Shown one piece after another: positions 1 to 9,252 of a stretch of DNA of 64,000 nucleotides (positions are counted from its first letter, which is position 1; every line of letters begins with the position of its first letter). Source of the DNA: an uncultured Gemmatimonadaceae bacterium. Lineage in GTDB: Bacteria; Gemmatimonadota; Gemmatimonadetes; Gemmatimonadales; GWC2-71-9. The notes beneath the pieces are model-generated. The model had not been told where the DNA came from. It saw nothing but the letters and a program-made list of their open reading frames with translations, and did no database searches. The stretch covers positions 353-64,352 of the forward strand of contig CAZASU010000003.1 in assembly GCA_964487785.1 (NCBI GenBank), written 5' to 3'. The position numbers and the translations under genes are program-made.

Positions 1-155
1 GGACGCTCGCGGGATCGGTTTGCTTCTTGAACGCCCCAGACATCGTTGACGAAATCGGCGTCATCGAAAGCCTTCTTCTTCCAGACCACTCCCTTGGGCA
101 AGACACTGGCGGCGGGTGGGATGGGTCCGTTCAACGTGATTTTCTTTGCCACCAT
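1..155 (-). CDS. hypothetical protein, N-terminal part only (gene runs off left edge)
   Basis: ATG at 155 lies 2 nt after the TGA (158-160) of the upstream gene. The frame stays open to base 1 (MVAKKITLNGPIPPAASVLPKGVVWKKKAFDDADF...). No motif recognised. Confidence 0.3.
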   Translation of the reverse strand, partial: MVAKKITLNGPIPPAASVLPKGVVWKKKAFDDADFVNDVWGVQEANRSRER

Positions 156-157
156 GC

Positions 158-427
158 TCACGCCATCCTTTTGGTCACCGAGACGCCCCGGAGCGTGTCC
201 TTCTTACCGCCAAGGTCAAGGGGAACCACGGTCCGCACGATGAAGCGGTCCGGAGCTACCCAGATATCGAAACGGGAACCCTGCCCCTGATTGGCCTTGC
301 CGATCATGTCGTAGACGATGTAGGCCGACTTCACCGAGCCACCGGTAAACGCAAAGGGATTCTCCTGGGCGGCCAAGGGGCTCGCGGCCATGAGAAGGCC
401 GAAGGCAACAACGCTATAACGTCGCAT
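158..427 (-). CDS. secreted hypothetical protein
   Basis: ORF track 158..442. The internal ATG at 427 is preceded by GGAG. Signal-like N-terminus MRRYSVVAFGLLMAASPLAAQ. Confidence 0.5.
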   Translation of the reverse strand: MRRYSVVAFGLLMAASPLAAQENPFAFTGGSVKSAYIVYDMIGKANQGQGSRFDIWVAPDRFIVRTVVPLDLGGKKDTLRGVSVTKRMA

Positions 428-593
428 GTGAGAAAACTCCAAACGGGTGGGGGCCCTAAGAGCGGGGCCTTAAGATCGTAGCGTCCACGAGGCCGGCGCA
501 ATACCCTGGCGCCGCCCCTTGGCCGGACGAATCGAGCGGGGATACTTTGGAATTCCCGTAGGAACCATACTCCCCGACACTCGGAGATCCACC

Positions 594-1145
594 ATGCGTC
601 ATAGCGTGAACCTGCTCTTGCCGGCGGCTGTTCTGGCCCTAGCTGCGTGCGGTAAGGGCGATACAGCGACGAGGGCTGCGGGCGGAGAAAGCACGGTCCA
701 GGCACCCCAAGCCACGGGCCCGACGGCAACGACCCTCCACCTGGTTGTCGGGGGCGGACCCCACGCGGGGGCGTACGACGCCAAGTCCCACGATATCACC
801 TGCACCTATGGTTTTGCCGGTAAGGGTTCCTGGGGCAACCAGTACAGCGTGACCGGAAAGAAGCCCAACGAGTTCAGTTCCCTCCAGCTTATCGTGCCCG
901 ACACCAAGGATGCTGCCGACGGCACCGACAAATTCCTGCTCACCGCGGCCTTTGGGGAATTGATGCAGCCCGGCTATACCGACCACACGATTAACACCAC
1001 TAAAGACAACAAAGAAGGTAGCGGTTCAATCACGGTTGACGACAAGGGGAAGACTGGGAAGGTCTCCTTCAAGGGAAAGACCAAGGACAACGTGACGCTG
1101 GAAGGCACCATCGACTGCCACCAGCTGATGCGTAGCGACGGCTAG
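594..1145 (+). CDS. lipoprotein, unknown function
   Basis: ATG 594 follows GGAGA. Lipobox in MRHSVNLLLPAAVLALAACGKGD. Part of ORF 519..1145. Confidence 0.6.
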   Translation: MRHSVNLLLPAAVLALAACGKGDTATRAAGGESTVQAPQATGPTATTLHLVVGGGPHAGAYDAKSHDITCTYGFAGKGSWGNQYSVTGKKPNEFSSLQLIVPDTKDAADGTDKFLLTAAFGELMQPGYTDHTINTTKDNKEGSGSITVDDKGKTGKVSFKGKTKDNVTLEGTIDCHQLMRSDG

Positions 1146-1342
1146 CTCTTCTGAACGATTCGGGACAGCTGTTGCTGGGCGTACTCCTTGCCCCACTCCG
1201 CAGCCGCAGCCACGCACCCCGCCATCGCCAACCGTCCACATCCTGGATCACCGAGGTGGTGTAATCCCGGTCAATCTGATCTTCCATCCGGCTCTGCCGG
1301 GCGCCATTATTCAGTCACTCCAAATCAGCCGAGCTCGAGGCC

Positions 1343-2464
1343 GTGACGCCATTCCTCAAGACCACCCAGATTGCCATCGACGGGGCTAAGACCCTGCCCC
1401 GCCGCTACTACGTCGCCCCGGAGATCTTCGCGGAGGAAACCGACCGGATCTTCACCCGTCGATGGCTGTGCGTTGGGCGGGAGGACCGCATCGGGGCACC
1501 GGGGGACTACTTCGTCCAGCAGGTCGGCAACGAGAGTATCATCGTGCTGCGGGATCAGGGCGGCGCGCTGCGGGCCTACTATAACGTCTGTCGCCACCGG
1601 GGAACCCGCCTCTGTGAGGAGCACACCGGCCGCTTCTCCGAGACCATTCAGTGTCCCTACCACGCCTGGACCTATGCGCTGGATGGACGGCTGGTCGGCG
1701 CCCCCTCGGCTTCCGAGATCGAAGGCTTCGCCAAGGCCGATTATCCGCTGCATCCCGTCGGCATCCAGCGCTGGGAGGGGTTTCTCTTCATCAATCTGGC
1801 GGAGGATCCCGAGCCGTTCGCTCAGGCCTACCAATCGCTGATCGGCCGGTTCGACCGGTTCAACATGTCGAATCTCGCGGTGGCGCGGACCCTCGAATAC
1901 CACGTCAAGGCCAACTGGAAGCTGCTGTTCCAGAACTACTCCGAGTGCTACCACTGCGGTCCGGTGCACCCTTCGCTGGCAAAGCTCACCCCACCCACCA
2001 GCGGCGAGAACGATCTGGTGAACGGTCCGGTGACCGGCGGTTTCATGGTGATCAACGAGGGCCACCAGAGCCTTACCATGAGCGGCCGGTCCTGCGGTGT
2101 CGTGGTCGGCGACCTGCCGGACGAAGATCTCAACCGGGTCTATTACTACGCCATCTTTCCCAACATGCTGCTGAGCCTGCACCCCGACTACGTGATGTTC
2201 CACACCCTGTGGCCCGAGGCACCGGATCGCACCAGAATCTGCTGTTCCTGGCTCTTTCACCCCGACACCCTGAGCAACCCAGCCCACAACCCGGAGGATG
2301 GGATCGAGTTCTGGGACATGACCAACCGGCAGGACTGGCACATCTGCGAGCAGAGCCAGCTCGGGGTTCAATCGCGTGCGTACCAGCCGGGGCCGTATTC
2401 CAAGCGGGAGAGTCTCTCGGTGCAGTTCGATCGGGAAGTGCTGAAGGCGCTAGGGCATCGGTAG
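1343..2464 (+). CDS. Rieske [2Fe-2S] oxygenase alpha-subunit-like protein (GbcA/Stc2/CntA-like group)
   Basis: 373-aa ORF. Rieske motifs CRHRGTRLC and CPYHAWTY. C-terminal catalytic signature NYSECYHCGPVHP. Paralog of 9253..10341. Confidence 0.85.
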   Translation: MTPFLKTTQIAIDGAKTLPRRYYVAPEIFAEETDRIFTRRWLCVGREDRIGAPGDYFVQQVGNESIIVLRDQGGALRAYYNVCRHRGTRLCEEHTGRFSETIQCPYHAWTYALDGRLVGAPSASEIEGFAKADYPLHPVGIQRWEGFLFINLAEDPEPFAQAYQSLIGRFDRFNMSNLAVARTLEYHVKANWKLLFQNYSECYHCGPVHPSLAKLTPPTSGENDLVNGPVTGGFMVINEGHQSLTMSGRSCGVVVGDLPDEDLNRVYYYAIFPNMLLSLHPDYVMFHTLWPEAPDRTRICCSWLFHPDTLSNPAHNPEDGIEFWDMTNRQDWHICEQSQLGVQSRAYQPGPYSKRESLSVQFDREVLKALGHR

Positions 2465-2465
2465 G

Positions 2466-2651
2466 AGGGTCGAGGGTCAGGAGTCGGGAGTCGGGGAGTC
2501 AGGAGTCTGCAACGGTCTCCTCATCCCGAGCAAAGCGAGGGACCTACTGCGCCGGCTTCCGGACGGTACGAAGTGGGTCCTTCGCTGCGCTCAGGATGAG
2601 GACGAATCTTGTGACTGAGGTTCCCGACTCCTGACTCCTGACTCCCGACTC
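2466..2651. repeat. composite palindromic element: tandem GGAGTCRG octamer arms plus GC hairpin core
   Basis: Left arm gggtcaggagtcgggagtcggggagtcaggagtc. Right arm cccgactcctgactcctgactcccgactc (its reverse complement). Core stem tcctcatcccgagcaaagcgagggacc / gggtccttcgctgcgctcaggatgagga. Fills the convergent gap between the stops at 2464 and 2653. Confidence 0.85.
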
Positions 2652-2652
2652 A

Positions 2653-4065
2653 TCACTTCTGCATCTCCTGTACGATTCCCGAGTATAGCCTCAGCCCGAA
2701 CTCGATGTTCTCCAGCGAGAGCCGCTCATTGATGCCGTGGACGCTGTGGCGGTTCTCGTCCAGCTCCACCAGCCAGGGGTCGATACCGTAGCAGATGACA
2801 CCGGCCGACGCGTAGTACGGCCGGTCCGATGCGCCGGCGCTGACCGGTGTGGCGATCGGGACGCCGGGAAGGAGCCGGCGGGCCACTCGCTCGATGGCGT
2901 GAAAGAGCTCGGTATCGAGCGGCGCGTCGTAGCGCGGCGCCATGTCTCCGATGGACTCGAGGGTGATCTTCGGATCGGCGATGATGCCTTCCAGCGTCCG
3001 GCGGAATGCGGTCGTGTCCTGGTCCGGCAGAAGGCGTATGTCCAGCTCCGCCGAGGCCTGCCGCGGAATGCTATTCGTCTTGTCGGATCCGGTCAGCACC
3101 GTGGGCGTGACCGTGTTCCGGAGCAGCGCGTTCCGCTCCGGCTCGCTCAGGATCCAGGCCCGTCCCCGTTTGCTGCGCAACGCGCCCGCGGCATCCGCCA
3201 GCCAGGTCCGCTGCTCGCCCGTCTGGTAGCGGGATTGGGCCTTGAAGAAACGATCCACTGCTGGGGTCAACCGTACCGGCGTCTGCCAGGCTGAAACCCG
3301 GGCCAACGCCTTCACCAGCCGCTCAACAGGATTGTCTCCCAACGGCACCGACCCATGCGATCCGGTGCCCCGCGCGATCAGCTTCTTCCACCAGGTGCGC
3401 TTCTCGCCCACGTCGATCCCGAACCAGAGGGGACGGCCGTTCTCCACTCGAGTGTCAGCGCCTTCGGTGAGGACGTACTCGATGCCACTCACTAAGTCCG
3501 GATGCCGCTCGATGAAGGTGCGCGTGCCCAGCCCGCCGACCTCTTCATCGGCGTTGGCGATGTAGACCAGATCTCGCTTTAGTGAGAGGCCCGCGCGCTT
3601 GACGGCAATGAAGGTGGAGAGCTGAATGATGCCATGCCCCTTCATGTCCAGGGCTCCGCGTCCCCACACGTACCCGTCCTTGGTCTCGCCCCCGAATGGG
3701 TCCACCGACCAGTCGCCCCTGGTGGCAGGTACCACATCCATATGATGGATCAGCGCAATCGCTTTCCCCGGGCCGGTTCCCTTCAACCGGGCGTAGAAAT
3801 TGGCTCGACCGGCTCCCAGCTCGGCCGTGTCGAGGATGTGTCCCTCGATCCCCTCCCTGGCCAGCACCTCCTTGAGCCACCGCGCGGTGGCCAGCTCGTT
3901 CCCCGGCGGATTGCTGGTATTGATCCGGAGATACTCGGAGAGCCGCTGCGCGGTCTCGTTGCGCAGCTTGGCATAATCAAAGGCCGGCGCCTGCGCGGCG
4001 GCGGGCACCGAGAGCGCGAACAGGAGTGCGGCCGGTCGGGTGAGCGGACGGACAAGGCTGATCAT
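2653..4065 (-). CDS. M20/M25/M40 family metallopeptidase, secreted
   Basis: 470-aa ORF. Signal peptide MISLVRPLTRPAALLFALSVPAAAQA. Motifs HHMDVVP, GRGALDMKG and ADEEVGG. Its ATG overlaps the upstream stop (ATGA at 4062-4065). Confidence 0.85.
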   Translation of the reverse strand: MISLVRPLTRPAALLFALSVPAAAQAPAFDYAKLRNETAQRLSEYLRINTSNPPGNELATARWLKEVLAREGIEGHILDTAELGAGRANFYARLKGTGPGKAIALIHHMDVVPATRGDWSVDPFGGETKDGYVWGRGALDMKGHGIIQLSTFIAVKRAGLSLKRDLVYIANADEEVGGLGTRTFIERHPDLVSGIEYVLTEGADTRVENGRPLWFGIDVGEKRTWWKKLIARGTGSHGSVPLGDNPVERLVKALARVSAWQTPVRLTPAVDRFFKAQSRYQTGEQRTWLADAAGALRSKRGRAWILSEPERNALLRNTVTPTVLTGSDKTNSIPRQASAELDIRLLPDQDTTAFRRTLEGIIADPKITLESIGDMAPRYDAPLDTELFHAIERVARRLLPGVPIATPVSAGASDRPYYASAGVICYGIDPWLVELDENRHSVHGINERLSLENIEFGLRLYSGIVQEMQK

Positions 4066-4827
4066 CGAGTCTCCAGAAGCATGCGGCCGGCCAGCTCCTT
4101 GACCAGCTTGGCGCTGACAGCCGCGGTGACCCCGGTCCGATCGGCGGCCGGATTGAACTCCACGAAGTCGGCACCCACCAGCGGTGCCGTAAGCGACTGA
4201 AGGACGGCGAGCGCCTGGCGCACCGAAAAGCCGCCCGCCTCACGGTGGGAGATCCCAGGTACCAGCCCGGGCTCGATCACGTCGAGGTCGAACGACACAT
4301 AGACTGGCGTGTCGAATTCCGGCTTCATCCCATCGCGCCAATCCTTCATCTCGATCACCTCCACCCCAAAGCGCTGCGCCTGCTCCCGCTGGTGCCCTGT
4401 CATCGTGCGGATACCCACCTGGACCAGCCGGTCGGCCAGGCCTTCCTCCATCACCCGGGCGAACGGGCAGGCGTGCGAGTAGCGATCACCCTGGAACTCA
4501 TCGTGGAGATCTCCGTGGGCGTCGAAGTGGAGGATGCTGAGCCGGGGATGAAAGGGCCGAAAGCCGCGCAGGACTGGATAGGTGATCGAGTGGTCGCCGG
4601 ACCTGTGCTGGATCCTCGTCCGCAGCCGGAGTCAGGTCGCCCTCATCATCCAAGGCCGCGGTGCTGAGATCGACGCCGAGCTCGGTCCAGGGATTCCCGG
4701 CTTCAGACCAGAGCGCCTGCCGGATGACCGGCGGCGCTCCCGCCGTGCCTCGCAGATAGGAGGAGCTGCCATCGTAGCAGACGCCGAGCAACGCTACTCT
4801 GGAAGGGGCCACCGCCTTGGGACTCAC
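4062..4827 (-). pseudogene. arginase/agmatinase/formiminoglutamase-fold hydrolase, interrupted by a single frameshift near 4600
   Basis: The N-terminal 76 codons are in ORF 4498..4827. The rest continues in the frame of ORF 4062..4454, which is open upstream to 4631 and encodes SGDHSITYPVL, ILHFDAHGDL and SFDLDVIEPG (metal-site motifs of the fold). The two frames meet at 4599-4605. Confidence 0.8.
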
Positions 4828-6383
4828 TCAGCCAGGGTCCCCAAATGGGTTTGGCGCTCGAGCCGGGTGAACCCCGCCGCAGCCTCAGGTTCGGGCGCCA
4901 GGAGCGACACCAGGATGCCGGCAAGGAAGGACAGCGGCAGGGTCACGAGCGCCGGATTCTTCAGCGGGAACCAGGCGTTACCGTGCCCCAGGATTTCCAC
5001 TTGAATGGTGGGCGAGAAATAAATCAAAGCCAGGGTGGCGAGGGTCCCGGTGGCCATGCTGGTGACTGCGCCGGCAGTGGTGTAGCGCCTCCAGAAGATC
5101 GCGAGCACCAGGGCAGGAAAGTTGGCACTCGCCGCGATGGCGAAGGCCAGCGACACCATGAAGGCAACGTTTTGCCCCTTGAAGGTGATGCCCAGCCCCA
5201 CCGCCACGACGCCGAGCGCCAGCGTTGCGATCCGGGCGACGCGGAGCTGCTCCCGGGCATCGGCGCGCCCTTTCCGCACCACGCTGACCCAGAGATCATG
5301 CGAGAGGGCGGCGGCGCCCGAGAGGGTAAGACCCGCCACCACGGCGAGGATGGTGGCGAACGCGACCGCGGCGATGAATCCCAGAAACGGGGTGCCTCCC
5401 AGCAGCTCGGCAAGCAGCGGAGCGGCCATGTTGCCACCCTTGTCCACAGCCCTGATCGTGTCCGGGCCTATCAGCACCATGGCTCCAAAGCCCAGGATGA
5501 AGGTGAGCAGATAGAAGAGCCCGATGAGACCGGTGGCAATGAAGACCGAGGTGCGGGCCGCGCGAGCGTCCGGCACGGTGTAAAATCGCATCAGGATATG
5601 GGGCAGTCCTGCCGTGCCGAACATCAGGGCCATCCCCAGCGAGATGGCGTCGAGTGGGTTCGATACCAGCTTGCCCGGCGCCAGTACCCCGGCACCGTAG
5701 CGCTCCGCTGCCGCGGCAAACAGCGCGGCAGGACTCATGTGGAACCGCAGCAGCACGAGCAGGGCGAGCAGCAATGCACCGCTCATGAGCAGCACCGCTT
5801 TTACGATCTGTACCCAGGTCGTCGCGATCATCCCGCCGAAGAGTACATATCCGATCATCACGATCCCGACCAGGACGATGGCATGCTCGTAACTGAATCC
5901 GAACATGAGCCGGATCAGCCCGCCGGCGCCCACCATTTGCGCGATGAGATAGAGCGTCACCGTGGCCAGGGTCCCCAGCGCGGCCGCGATGCGCACCGGG
6001 GTCTGCCGCAACCGAATGGCCACCACGTCGGCGAAGGTGTACCGGCCCAGGTTCCGCAGCGGCTCGGCAATGAGGAAGAGCACCACCGGCCAGCCGACCA
6101 GCCAGCCGGTCGAGTAGATCAGCCCGTCAAATCCGGTGGTCGAGACCAGCCCCGCAATCCCGAGGAAGGACGCCGCGCTCATGTAGTCGCCCGCCAGGGC
6201 AAAGCCGTTCTGCCCGGCGCTGATGGTGCGCCCCGCGGCGTAGAAGTGTTCGGTGGTGTGGGTGCGGCGCGCCGCCCAGAACGTGATCCCGAGGGTGATG
6301 CTGATGAAGACAAAGAAGAACGCCATAGCCACGGCGTTGGGTTGCCCGATGGCGGTATCGGCCGCGGCCTGATTTAGGGTCAT
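4824..6383 (-). CDS. actP: cation/acetate symporter ActP (sodium:solute symporter family)
   Basis: Within ORF 4824..6437; start taken at MTLNQAAADTAIGQPNAVAMAFFF, whose ATG overlaps the DUF485 stop. TTEHFYAAGR and GDYMSAASFLG are typical of ActP. Preceded by its usual DUF485 partner. Confidence 0.85.
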   Translation of the reverse strand: MTLNQAAADTAIGQPNAVAMAFFFVFISITLGITFWAARRTHTTEHFYAAGRTISAGQNGFALAGDYMSAASFLGIAGLVSTTGFDGLIYSTGWLVGWPVVLFLIAEPLRNLGRYTFADVVAIRLRQTPVRIAAALGTLATVTLYLIAQMVGAGGLIRLMFGFSYEHAIVLVGIVMIGYVLFGGMIATTWVQIVKAVLLMSGALLLALLVLLRFHMSPAALFAAAAERYGAGVLAPGKLVSNPLDAISLGMALMFGTAGLPHILMRFYTVPDARAARTSVFIATGLIGLFYLLTFILGFGAMVLIGPDTIRAVDKGGNMAAPLLAELLGGTPFLGFIAAVAFATILAVVAGLTLSGAAALSHDLWVSVVRKGRADAREQLRVARIATLALGVVAVGLGITFKGQNVAFMVSLAFAIAASANFPALVLAIFWRRYTTAGAVTSMATGTLATLALIYFSPTIQVEILGHGNAWFPLKNPALVTLPLSFLAGILVSLLAPEPEAAAGFTRLERQTHLGTLAE

Positions 6384-6661
6384 CCGCCCGACTCCAGCAG
6401 TGCCCGAATCTGCGGATCGTAGACCGTGTTGGCCCACCGGACGTAGACCCAGGTGAGAATCCAGGAGGCCACGATCACGAGCGCGCCGAGCAGGATCCCC
6501 AGGCTGAGCCCTGGCACCACCTGGACGGCGAGGACCGGCCCCCCGAACGCCACCAGGGCAATGAACCCGAAGTAGAGCAGGACCGTTGCGCCCGTGAGCG
6601 TCAGGGCCATCCGCCAGCGGGCCCGGTCGAGGTCACGCAGCCGGGAATCAACGCCGGTCAT
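6380..6661 (-). CDS. DUF485 (YjcH-like) small membrane protein
   Basis: Within ORF 6380..6697; start at MTGVDSRLRDL. Two hydrophobic helices. Canonical position directly upstream of actP with an overlapping stop/start. Confidence 0.75.
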   Translation of the reverse strand: MTGVDSRLRDLDRARWRMALTLTGATVLLYFGFIALVAFGGPVLAVQVVPGLSLGILLGALVIVASWILTWVYVRWANTVYDPQIRALLESGG

Positions 6662-8018
6662 GTCCCCTCCGCGCGCCGAGGAGGTAGACCAGGGCACCGC
6701 CGGCGACCAGAAGAATCGTGAGGCCGGCGACCTTGATGACCGCGAGCAGCTTGCCGGGCTCGTCTTCGGCCGGGATCAGCGCGAGTGCAATCGAGATCGT
6801 GGTGACGGTAAACCCGAGCGTTGCCAGGGCCACCGCCACTGGCCGGCCACCGGGAACCCGGATCACCTCGGGGCCGGCGGGCTCCCGCTGGAGTCGGATC
6901 ATCGAAGCGAACATGAAGAGGTAGGGAATGAAGTAGGAGATAATAGACATGCTCACCAGGACGTCATAGGCGCCCTTCACGGTCGTGCCTGCCTGTCCCA
7001 GCAGGATGAATCCGGCGGCGACGGCGGCCTGCGCCAGCAGGCTGACGTGGGGCGATCCGTAACGCGGATGAATCCGTCCGAACGCTCGGGGGAGGAACCG
7101 GTCCAGGCCCGCCACGAAGGGGAGCCGGCCGGCCGCTGCAAACCATGCCCCGGCCTGCCCCAGCCCCCCCACCACGATGAGCACCGCGATCAGCGGAGCC
7201 AGGCCGCCGACATCGAGCCTGTGGCTTACCCTCTCGATCGAAGTCATGAACCCATCCAGATGCAGGATCTCGGCCTGCGGCAGTGCCACCAGCATTGCCA
7301 AGGTTCCCAGCACGTAGAGCCCGGTGATCAGCACACCCGCCACGAGCAGGGCTCGGGGGATGTTGCGCCGTGCGTCGCGTATCTCCTCGCCCATCATCGA
7401 AGCGCTCTCCAAACCGCTCAGAGAGAAGGCGATGGTGGACCAGAAGACGATGTCTTTGAGCCGCGTGCTCGGCACCATGTTCTCGCTGGTGAACGGCGTC
7501 GCCGAGCAAAAACGTACCCAGGCGACCAGGCCGAGTGCCATCAAGAAGAGGCCCGGAATCCAGAGTCCAACCGCGCCCAGGTTGTGCAGCCATTTGCCCA
7601 CCGCCAGGCCGCGCACGTTGAGCCCGGCGGCGAGAGCCAGAGCGAGGAGAGAAAAACCGATGAAATAGAGCGGACGGTCGGCGAGCTGTCTCCACTCCGG
7701 TCCGCCGATGAAGAGGGCGGTTGCGGCGGTGAAGTAGAAGAGACCCGGGAAGTAGGGCAGGTTGGAGGTCCAGTAGGTCCAGCCGGTGATGAACCCAGCG
7801 AAGTCGCCGAAGGCCCGCTTGCTCCAGACGTAGCAGCCACCCTCGTTGGGATACCGGGACGAGAGCTCCAGAACCGTGAACATCAGCGGGATATAGAAAG
7901 CCAGGCATGCCGTCAGCCAGATGACGATCGCGCTCGGCCCTGCGGAAGCCGCGGTGCCGATCCAGCGCACGGTGAAGCCGGTGACCAGGTAGAACAGCAC
8001 CAGATCGCGAAACCCCAT
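6648..8018 (-). CDS. APC-family amino acid permease
   Basis: C-terminal 456 codons of ORF 6648..8663, beginning MGFRDLVLFYLVTGFTVRWIG. Multi-pass membrane protein with ...NEGGCYVWSKRAFG... An alternative GTG at 8081 overlaps the upstream stop (GTGA). Confidence 0.8.
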   Translation of the reverse strand: MGFRDLVLFYLVTGFTVRWIGTAASAGPSAIVIWLTACLAFYIPLMFTVLELSSRYPNEGGCYVWSKRAFGDFAGFITGWTYWTSNLPYFPGLFYFTAATALFIGGPEWRQLADRPLYFIGFSLLALALAAGLNVRGLAVGKWLHNLGAVGLWIPGLFLMALGLVAWVRFCSATPFTSENMVPSTRLKDIVFWSTIAFSLSGLESASMMGEEIRDARRNIPRALLVAGVLITGLYVLGTLAMLVALPQAEILHLDGFMTSIERVSHRLDVGGLAPLIAVLIVVGGLGQAGAWFAAAGRLPFVAGLDRFLPRAFGRIHPRYGSPHVSLLAQAAVAAGFILLGQAGTTVKGAYDVLVSMSIISYFIPYLFMFASMIRLQREPAGPEVIRVPGGRPVAVALATLGFTVTTISIALALIPAEDEPGKLLAVIKVAGLTILLVAGGALVYLLGARRGHDRR

Positions 8019-8077
8019 CGCCCGATGGAGCTGCGCCGGTCCCTCCTGGATCGGGGCGGCGCGGGTGGGGGAAGCCG

Positions 8078-9244
8078 TCACACCATGTAGTTCCTGGGGG
8101 GATTCGCCAGCTGCAGGACGGTGCGGTCGATCTGGAACGGCTCGAGATTGCGCTCGGTGCTGCCGTCGATGGCCAGCTCCGACAGGATCCGTCCAACCAG
8201 CGAAGCGAACTTGAATCCGTGCCCGCCACTGATGGCCACGATCACGTTCGGATGGCCCGGAACGGCATCGAGCACGAAGTCGCGGTCCGGCGTGAGGGTG
8301 TAAAGACAGGTCTTGGTGTAGATGATGGGTCCGAGTGCGCTGGGGATGTACCTCCCGAGAAAGTCCTGTACCCGCCCGAGCGCGGCCTCGTCCGGCTCGA
8401 AGGTCCGCGTGTCGGCGGTGACCTCCCGTCCCCCGGCGTCCTGGCCCACCTTGGGTCCCTGTTCGCCAAAGATGGGGAAGCCGTAGAAGCAGGGGTCGTC
8501 CATCCAGATCCAGATGGGAAAGTGTCCAGGCTGAAAATCCGCGGGGCGGGGTGTGGCGAAGTAGGTCACCTGCTCCTGGGTTACCGTGAGTGGCAGCTGA
8601 ACCCCGAATGGCGCCAGTGCCCGGTTGGACCAGGAGCCGGCCGCGATCACCAGACGCCTGCAACGGTACTGCACTCCACCCGCTTCGATCTCGATCTCGC
8701 CCTTCAGCGGCCGGATCGCCTCCACCGGCGACCGCTCACGCAAGCTGGCCCCGAGCTCCCGCGCCACCCGCTGGTGGGCGGCGTTGCCCCGGGCGGCCAT
8801 CGCGATCCCGCTCTCCGGTTGGAAGAGTCCGTGAATGTCGTCGGTCAGTCGAAACGCCGGCCAGCGGCGCATGATCTCCTCGGCCTCCAGCGCCTCGTAG
8901 CTGACGCCCGCCGCATCCATGCTCCCCGAATAATTGGTCAGCGGGATGGCGCTGACCCGGGGAGCAAAGTCGAGTCCGCCGGTCCGGAGCACGATCTGCT
9001 CACCCGAGTCCTTCTCCAGCTGGGCCCAGGCGCGGAAGGCGTGCTTGGCGAGCTCGACGTAGGCCGGGGTGTGGTACGAAAGCCGGATGATGCGCGAGTG
9101 GTCCTGCGATTCGCCGCGCACGTGCCCCAGCTCAAACTGCTCCAGCCCGAGCACCTCGGCGCCGGCCCGTTTGGAGAGCCAGTACGCCGCAGCGCTGCCG
9201 AAGCCACCCAAGCCCAGCACGATGTACTCATAGTCCCGTTTCAT
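8078..9244 (-). CDS. monomeric sarcosine oxidase / N-methyltryptophan oxidase family FAD enzyme
   Basis: 388-aa ORF. N-terminal dinucleotide fold YIVLGLGGFGSAAAYWL. KTCLYTLTPDRDFVLD (covalent-FAD Cys context of MSOX). SGGHGFKF. Confidence 0.85.
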   Translation of the reverse strand: MKRDYEYIVLGLGGFGSAAAYWLSKRAGAEVLGLEQFELGHVRGESQDHSRIIRLSYHTPAYVELAKHAFRAWAQLEKDSGEQIVLRTGGLDFAPRVSAIPLTNYSGSMDAAGVSYEALEAEEIMRRWPAFRLTDDIHGLFQPESGIAMAARGNAAHQRVARELGASLRERSPVEAIRPLKGEIEIEAGGVQYRCRRLVIAAGSWSNRALAPFGVQLPLTVTQEQVTYFATPRPADFQPGHFPIWIWMDDPCFYGFPIFGEQGPKVGQDAGGREVTADTRTFEPDEAALGRVQDFLGRYIPSALGPIIYTKTCLYTLTPDRDFVLDAVPGHPNVIVAISGGHGFKFASLVGRILSELAIDGSTERNLEPFQIDRTVLQLANPPRNYMV

Positions 9245-9252
9245 TGCTTTTT

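Noticed and set aside
2466-2651. Tandem octamers here and at 42039, 56541 and 63009 as possible CRISPR arrays
   Set aside because: The repeat units are only 8 nt and directly abutting, with no spacers. They are arranged as inverted arms of a hairpin, and no cas genes are present.
4590-4640. Programmed ribosomal frameshift in the arginase-fold gene
   Set aside because: There is no slippery heptamer or stimulatory structure at the junction. A simple 1-nt indel in a GG dinucleotide explains it.
4845-6377. 510-aa plus-strand ORF antisense to actP, and similar long antisense ORFs (1325..2371, 6594..8090, 8219..9256, 13778..14842, 18520..19782, 22610..23650, 42463..43578, 45419..46717)
   Set aside because: Their translations are Arg/Gly/Pro/His-rich low-complexity strings with no motifs. 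Each lies exactly opposite a gene with strong family signatures. These are the stop-poor shadow frames expected in GC-rich DNA.
8019-8663. N-terminal 215-aa extension of the 671-aa ORF 6648..8663
   Set aside because: It overlaps the well-supported MSOX-family gene in another frame and is Arg/Gly-rich. Permease-like sequence only starts at MGFRDLV (8018) or at the GTG at 8081.
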